64,000 nucleotides of DNA. Origin: Macrostomum lignano (taxonomy: Eukaryota). The notes beneath the pieces were generated by a model. The model made no database searches, was not told the origin of the DNA, and saw only the letters and a list, made by a program, of their open reading frames with translations. Location: contig NIVC01001299.1 of the NCBI GenBank assembly GCA_002269645.1, positions 30,804 through 94,803 on the forward strand. The letters run 5' to 3'. Shown here piece after piece: positions 57,470-64,000 of this stretch. The stretch's first letter is position 1, and every line of letters starts with the position of its first letter. The translations under genes and the position numbers were made by a program.

Positions 57470-58875
57470 GATTAAGTTGTAAAAATTATGGTTTCTGCTG
57501 ATGAAGTGATTAATTTTGTTCAATAAAGTCAGCATTTTAACGTTAAAAAGAGTAAAAACTGTGAAAATTGACCTTTTTAAAACGAAAATGTGCAATTTCT
57601 AGTAATTTAGCTTTCAATGAAAATGTCTTGGGTGGAATTCCAACTTGGGCCGGGGTGTGCATATGGAGATCAGTGTGTGACTCATTCCTGCTCGAAAGCT
57701 GTCTCTTGCCAACTTTGAAATCAGAATTTGGACAAATTAGCGGTTGAAATTATGGCTTTTCGGATGAAACTACTAAGTTTGATCGATTCGCATTTCGCAT
57801 TTTAACGTTAGAAAATAATAAAACTGTGAAAATAGGCCTTTATTAAACGAAATAATGAGAAATTCTAAGAATTAGCTTTAAAAAACCATGGCTTTAGTGG
57901 AAATTGGACTGGCTCGGGTAATCCGTGTGCGATTATAATTCCTGCTCAAAGCTGTCTCAGAGTTCCAGAAGTAGCATTTGTGATAATTTTGTGTTAAAAT
58001 TGTGGTTTTTAGTGATGAAACTACTGATTTTTAATCAATAAAGTCTGCATTTTAACGTAAAAATGCGTAAAAACTGTGAAAATTTATATTTTCTTATGAA
58101 AAAATGCTCATTTCTAGCAATTTAGGCTTCAATAGCCATGTCTTTGGTTGATTCTGGGGTGGCTTGTGGATGTTCGTGTGGGATTCATTCTTGCTTCAAA
58201 GCTGTCTAAGGCCAAGTTGAAAGCGGCATTTGGACAAATTAGCTGTTGAAAGTATGGTTTCTAGTGATGAAACTACTGATTTTTAATCAATAAAGTCTGC
58301 ATTTTAACGAAAAAATGCGTAAAAACTGTGAAAATTTGTATTTTCTTATGAAAAAATGCGCATTTCTAGCAATTTAGGCTTCAATAGCCATGTCTTTGGT
58401 TGATTCTGGGGTGGCTTGTGGATGTTCGTGTGGGATTCATTCTTGCTTCAAAGCTGTCTAAGGCAAGTTGAAAGCGCATTTGGACAAATTAGCTGTTGAA
58501 AGTATGGTTTCTAGTGATGAAACTACTGATTTTGATCAATAAAGTCTGCATTTTAACGAAAAAATGCGTAAAAACTGTGAAAATTTGTATTTTCTTATGA
58601 AAAAATGCGCATTTCTAGCAATTTAGGCTTCAATAGCCATGTCTTTGGATGATTTTGGGCTGGCTTGTGGATGTTTGTGTGGGGTTCATTCCTGCTTAAA
58701 AGCTGTCTAAGGTCAAGTTGAAAGCGACATTTGGACAAATTAGCTGTTGAAAGTATGGTTTCTAGTGATGAAACTACTGATTTTGATCAATAAAGTCTGC
58801 ATTTTAACGTAAAAAATGCATAAAAACTGTGAAAAATTGTATTTTCTTATAAAAAAACTGCGCATTTCTAGTCAT
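57470..58875. repeat. About 252-bp tandem repeat in the right palindrome arm (about 6 units)
   Basis: Reverse anchors at about 57601, 57865, 58113, 58365, 58617, 58870; one more unit than the left arm. Confidence 0.88.
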
Positions 58876-60978
58876 TTAGCTTTCAAAATAACCAAATTTA
58901 TTGTTTGAAATTCCAACTTTACTTTGTGTGGAGAGGTCAGTGCATGATTCATTCCTGCTTCTAACAGATTAAACCGTCTCAAAGACCAAGTCTGAAAGCT
59001 TGAAGTGAGAAGGCAGGGGAGCCGGAGAGGCAGAATTGAATTACGGAGAAGCCTCACGTATTTAAATTTGTGGACTTCACTACTTCTAGTATAACGCAAG
59101 GGTGACTTATACTATTTACAAAGTTTAGAATCAAGTAAATCAGAATTGCATGCGGTGGAGACACTGATTCATAGGCTGTGTACATTGACAGATGCAGCTG
59201 GGGTTTGTCAATGCAGGTAGAGGTTGGCGGACTCGGATTTGTTCAGATTCGCGGGGTTGATGTGTGCATTAAAAGTTGGTTTCTTGCTATCTGGGCGGCA
59301 TGGATGACGTAATCGGAGAAGAGAGGGGTTTTGCTGAATGAAGTTTAATATACGGTCTGTGCTGTGGAAAGATCTGTCTGTACACTGAAAATGAAGAGAG
59401 GGTCGAAATTCCTTGGCATTTAGAAGGGGGACAGAGAGAACAGGGCGAGTTTTAAAATTTAGCTCGATTTGCTATGGGTCTGCGCTGTGAAGACGAGTCT
59501 GGTGAACATCGGAGGGGTGGCTGTTTTCGAACATGGTTGAATTTGACTATGGTCCGAGTTAAAGGGTGATTCAGCATTCAGTATAGGAGCTTCGAGGGGA
59601 TGGTTTACTGTAATTAAAGCGCGACGAAGCTTCTTGTATCATACCCATTGTCAATAGAAATATAAAGCACTGCTTCAACAGTCTTGTATTTGGGGGGCAG
59701 ACTTGGGAGAGACTTGGATGACGCAACCTCCACCCATCGCTTGGCGAGAGTTTGTACAGGCCCGCCTCTATATGAAAGTATGTGTATTTTAAGATTTTGA
59801 ATAAATTATATCAACATATTCAAACCTACAGTCTCGAGGGTGAAAATTTACATACCTAATTTTTGGGGTATGTAGCAGATATGAGTATAGAGGCTATCAA
59901 TGTACATATAGACTCCGACCAGTATTATTCAAATCTGTCTGAGAATGTACGTTGGAAATATACATTACGATGTGAGCTACGCAATTAGTTGACTCATTTG
60001 GATGAGATTGAACATGTAGTAGGGTTTCGAGTTGTAATTTTGGTGTGCGCGCGCTGGGGATGACACTGTAGATTAATGCAAGTGTACATATAGAATTGGG
60101 GATAGACAATTTGGGATAGGGATTAATGTACATGGGATTAATGTACAATTTGAGATAGATAGGGATTAATGTACATGGAATTAATATACAATTTGAGATA
60201 GATAGGGATTAATGTACATGGAATTAATATGAGCACATGGATTATTACAACTACATATTGAATCACGCTTAGGATAGCGTTTTTGTATACTACTTACTTC
60301 ATTTTCAGATAGTAGTATAATTTGCGTTTTTTGCGTCTGAAAACCCTGCAGAATCTGCACGTTACGTAGTATTGTATCAACTGTGAATAATGAGTGCGCC
60401 TGTCGCGCATGAAATCGAAGTCGAGGATCAGAGTAGTGGAAGATCACCGAGTTTAACCAAATAATCATAGCAGTAACAATACCTTTAAATAATTGTCCCC
60501 GTAGGATGTACGGAGGGTGAGGCGGATCCAATGGAGAGTCAGAGAGGAGGGTGAGGCGGAGCAACAGGAGAGTCAGAGAGGAGGGTGAGCAGGATTCGGA
60601 CGAAATTACAGCTGGCATAAACTTCTCGTACACCACAAGAGAGCTCTAGGGCCTTCACTTCCCCATCCCTATTGCATCAAACCCATTCTAGGAGGAAAAA
60701 ATTAAGATGGCGTTATCTATATCTTCCCTTGGAATCCTGGTGCTTAGGAGCTGGAATCGGTAGTAAGATCGCTCACCATCTAAAAGACCCCCCCCCTAAG
60801 CAAAATTCCTCAATTCCAGCATTGACTAGATTGTCCCTGTATGCCTCGCATAGAGCCATTTCAATATACAAGTATTACTGGCATACAGTAAAAAACTTAT
60901 TTCTAAAGGTGACAATTTCCGTGCTACACCATACATATTTACTACCTGAATTGCTAAGCAGCTTTCCTGCTCTTCTTT

Positions 60979-61018
60979 AAATTAAATAACTTGCTAAGAC
61001 AGGCAAGTTATTTAATTT
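60979..61018. repeat. Perfect 16-bp stem / 8-nt loop hairpin
   Basis: AAATTAAATAACTTGC-TAAGACAG-GCAAGTTATTTAATTT. Confidence 0.9.
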
Positions 61019-61053
61019 TTCTCTTCGAGTCTTCTCTCTTCCGACCGTCTTTA

Positions 61054-61137
61054 CGCGTGGCGAGAGCATCCAAAAATAAATCGCGTGGCGAGAGCATCCA
61101 AAAATAAATCGCGTGGCGAGAGCATCCAAAATAAATC
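61054..61137. repeat. 28-bp unit x3 (CGCGTGGCGAGAGCATCCAAAAATAAAT)
   Basis: Units start at 61054, 61082 and 61110. Confidence 0.9.
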
Positions 61138-61829
61138 AACGAATAATCAGCCCAGTGTCAAAAACTCCAGCGATTTCGCCGGCTAGACTACTTTTAAGCC
61201 CCCAAAATATTAAAAATACTGTGTACCTGTTGTACAAAAATATTATATTAATACTATATTACTTTTAGTATCTATTTTATAGCTGAATTTAGTTGAAATG
61301 TACAAATTGCCTACCTACAAAAAGTAGTTAAAAGGGCGGAACCGCCAGCTAAAAGGCCAACTAATGTCCGGAGCGAAGAGGCGGAGACGAGCGAGCGGGC
61401 GATCGAGTACAGCGAGCAGGCCCAGAGCGATTAGGGCCCGCATTTTTCAAGTATATTGTTGCGAAAATTAAAAATTTTGAGCGGCAGCAGCGCCCTCGAT
61501 CGCGTTGAGCTGAGCAACGTATATATAAAACACACGCACACTGGGATTAGGGGTGTTGAGTCAGAGCACGTACGTACAGCGCGTAAAAACAAGCACAAGT
61601 ACAAGGTCGGGCGATAAAAAGGGGGCAGCGAGGCAGGTCGCTCAGCCATTAAAAACGGCTAAAGCCCACTTGCTTTACCAGCCAATAACCGGCAATCGTC
61701 TGACATGCTGGTGCCTCATATATGGTGCAACAGCGAAGACTACGCCGCCTTTGGAGCCTCATGTCCTTGAGCCAGGCTCGGACAGATCCTCTGAAACAAT
61801 TTCCTCGGCTAGCGGCTCTGCGACTTTGT

Positions 61830-62530
61830 TGGAAGTGCTGGCCCAGCCAGCACCGAAGACCTCAATGCAGCCGCATCCGCATCAGCATCCGATGCCGATT
61901 CGACTGAGGAGGCACCTGCCAGCAATATTCAATATGATAACCCGATAAGCTATCCAATCAATGCGGACAAGTCCGGCGGCATCATCAAGCGCTTGGATGA
62001 TGTCCAGCTTGAGTACTATCCTAATATGAGGCTTCGAGCTCTATGATAGACTACTCAAGGACCTCCTGCCAGTAGTGGTGCTGGCCAATAGACCAACAGA
62101 GCAGCGCAAGGTGGTCTGGTTTGGGCCAGACTACTCTTAATCCGGTGTGTCATTAGGTGCTAATCCGAACTGGCACCCAGCCGTTGAGGACATGCGCAAC
62201 TTCCTCGAATTTAATGCCGAGTTGAATGCTCCTAAGTTTAACAGCTGCCTAATTAATTTCTATGAGACAGCTGACGACTACATCCGCGTACCATGCCGAC
62301 GACGAGGCCGAGCTGGGTCAAGATCCATGCATAGCAATGGTCTCGTTCGGTGTCGTCAGGCAATTTCTAGTACGCAATAATGCGGATCAACGCGAAGTCG
62401 CGAACTTTGACGCAAAACCCGGCTCTGTTATCATTATGGCTGGGGCCTGTCAAAGAAAGTGTAAGCACAGTGTCCCGGGTGTCGGTATCCAGGAGGGCAT
62501 CCGTATTTCGCTCACCTTTAGGGTGACGCA
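61830..62530 (+). pseudogene. Intronless decayed AlkB-family (ALKBH2/3-like) 2OG-Fe(II) dioxygenase
   Basis: Joined frames give RKVVWFGPDYS*SG...FNSCLINFYE..DDYI/YHADDEAELGQDP.IAMVSFG..RQF...GSVIIMAGACQ...KHSVP...RISLTFR. H-x-D (62292), distal H and C-terminal arginines are present; a stop at 62138-62140 and at least two frameshifts. Confidence 0.85.
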
Positions 62531-62534
62531 TCTC

Positions 62535-62581
62535 CCTTCAAGTCGTGAGTCCGACGCTCTTACCATTAAGCTACAGCCCCT
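62535..62581 (-). mobile_element. Truncated tRNA head of the same SINE family
   Basis: GTGAGTCCGACGCTCTTACCATTAAGCTACAGCCCCT matches 23825-23860. Confidence 0.7.
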
Positions 62582-63047
62582 CTAGGCAAACAATGATGCA
62601 GAGATTAATTATTTCCTATCAGCGTTTAAATGCTGAGATACCATCCTGCTCGAATGACTGTGTAGGTTGCGCGTTAAAGTGCGGCACTGGCCCGCTTCGC
62701 GTGGCATCTTTGGCACGTGCGATCGAACCGTGCCACTGCCACCCCTGCAGCCAAAATCCACTCGCGCATCGGTCCGAGAGACTCCACCGATCTTTCCACT
62801 CCAGGCCCGAGCTCGGCGTAGGCTTGAGGCTACGGGAAAATGTCCAGGCCCAGGCATTGAAACTGGTTTTCGTGTTCCATCATTTGCTGTTGTAAACAGA
62901 AGATAGTGGATAAATCAACAAATATCTGTAGTGACCTTCGCGAACTTTCCCGATTATTGTGCTATTAAATATTCTACGCTATTAACTCTATTATGCTCTA
63001 AGCTCTAATTTCTATTAAGCTCATAATATTATTTCTACACCGTTTAG

Positions 63048-63443
63048 TAGAGGTCGGACGGGATCCCGATCCCGATCCCGAAATCTCGGGATCCGAGGAA
63101 AATTGAATTCCCGCGGGACCAGAATCCCGACCCTAAAAAAGTCGAGATTCGGAACAGGTCTTTCGATTAATAATTTATAGAATTAGTGATTACTTAAAGG
63201 TATTTTGCTTCAACTTGTACGCGTTACATTATTTACTTTGTTGGTTACAAAACTTCATATCACTTTCGTTGTGTTTTACTTCTTGATCTTGACAATCTTT
63301 TCTCAATTTTGTTTAACTTTACATGGACAATACACTAAAAGACCTGATCCCGATTCCCGAATCCCGATCCCGATCCGATCCCGAGAAAAAAATTATTCCC
63401 GATCCCGATCCCGCCCGAAGATTTCAATCCCGTCCGACCTCTA
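63048..63443. mobile_element. hAT-type MITE, 396 bp
   Basis: 17-bp TIRs TAGAGGTCGGACGGGAT / ATCCCGTCCGACCTCTA; exact 8-bp TSD CCGTTTAG; subterminal GATCCC repeats. Confidence 0.92.
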
Positions 63444-64000
63444 CCGTTTAGGCATATTAAATTGTTAATTTACATGAATTCTTGTACTGTAACACTTAAT
63501 CACTATTAAGCAATACGTACATACAATTTAGTTTTTGTTTATAGCGATGCACGTTTTCCAGAACTTTCCGGAAAACCCAATTTCATTTATATATACACGA
63601 AACCAGATTTGCAATTATTTTAAGCCTTTTCAATCACTCGATTGACTCAAACTAACAGAACATTCGACTGCTACCTTTACATATCCGCTTGACTTACTTG
63701 ACTTAGCTGCAGGGTGGATACAGCGTGGAGGCGAGGGTCGCCCATTCCGCTAGCCCTGAAGGCCCGCAGACAGGCAGAGGCGTGGGGCCGGTCAGGGTGA
63801 AGATTTGATCGAGTGGTGATCAGTCACTCGAAAACTCACACTTCCAGACACTTGAGCCTGGGAACAAAATCACTGATTACTTACTGTTGCGGCTCCTCTT
63901 CTTTGTTGCGCGTGTCTGTAGAGCTCGTCTCCTTAGAGCTGTTGCCCGGGGTGGTCTTCTTGAAGTCTAAACTCAGCCGAAACGAGAGCGTAACAATAAA

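Larger units (their letters stand above)
50484..60370. mobile_element. 9.9-kb palindromic insertion (arms 50484-55269 and 55349-60370) with 6-bp TSD
   Basis: Arms are reverse complements, confirmed by mirrored identical ORFs (54649-54840/55778-55969, 51766-51993/58872-59099, 50713-50964/59897-60148). Termini ACTACGTAACG...CGTTACGTAGT; ATTGTA at 50478-50483 and 60371-60376. Confidence 0.93.
49586..60887 (+). mobile_element. LTR-like dispersed repeat, copy 2, split by the giant palindrome (49586-50483 and 60377 to about 60887)
   Basis: Collinear homology with 3760-4470 on both sides of the palindrome, e.g. TCACAGCGCG..CTGACGGGTGACGTCATCAGGG at left, and GAGGATCAGAG..GTGGAAGAT and AGGAGGAAAAAATTAAGATGGCGTTATCTAT at right. 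Outer boundaries approximate. Confidence 0.7.

Noticed and set aside
50484-60370. Palindrome as purely a sequencing or assembly artefact
   Set aside because: Not excluded without reads, but disfavoured: exact TSD, collinear host repeat on both sides, unequal repeat copy number between arms, and an imperfect structured centre.
50438-60636. Short mirrored ORFs within the palindrome as genes
   Set aside because: Mostly 60-85 aa (longest 151 aa, crossing the boundary), with no recognisable motifs; they are duplicated only because of the symmetry.

Overview
Eukaryotic (invertebrate-type) genomic DNA with GC-rich exons and AT-rich, repeat-loaded GT-AG introns; the organism cannot be fixed from sequence alone. 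Four spliced genes reconstruct in frame: an espin/forked-like ankyrin protein (+, 6224-13257), an ephexin-type DH-PH-SH3 RhoGEF (-, 15837-20789 plus tentative 5' exons to about 25.2 kb), an SLC17-family MFS anion transporter (+, 29624-38430) and the mitochondrial 2-oxoglutarate/malate carrier SLC25A11 (-, 39902-48995). The most striking feature is a 9.9-kb near-perfect palindrome (50484-60370). It has no long ORF, is bounded by an exact 6-bp duplication (ATTGTA), has an imperfect GC-rich hairpin at its axis, and is inserted into an LTR-like, promoter-bearing repeat whose uninterrupted relative lies at 3.6-4.5 kb. The window also holds a family of CAAGGAC-ended elements with 8-bp TSDs (35-608 bp; one wraps a LINE RT/RNase H fragment), a decayed Crypton-like tyrosine recombinase and a foldback-like element inside SLC25A11 intron 1, an intronless decayed AlkB-like dioxygenase, tRNA-CORE SINEs, hAT-like MITEs and many minisatellites. 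All coordinates were read by eye; no database search was run.
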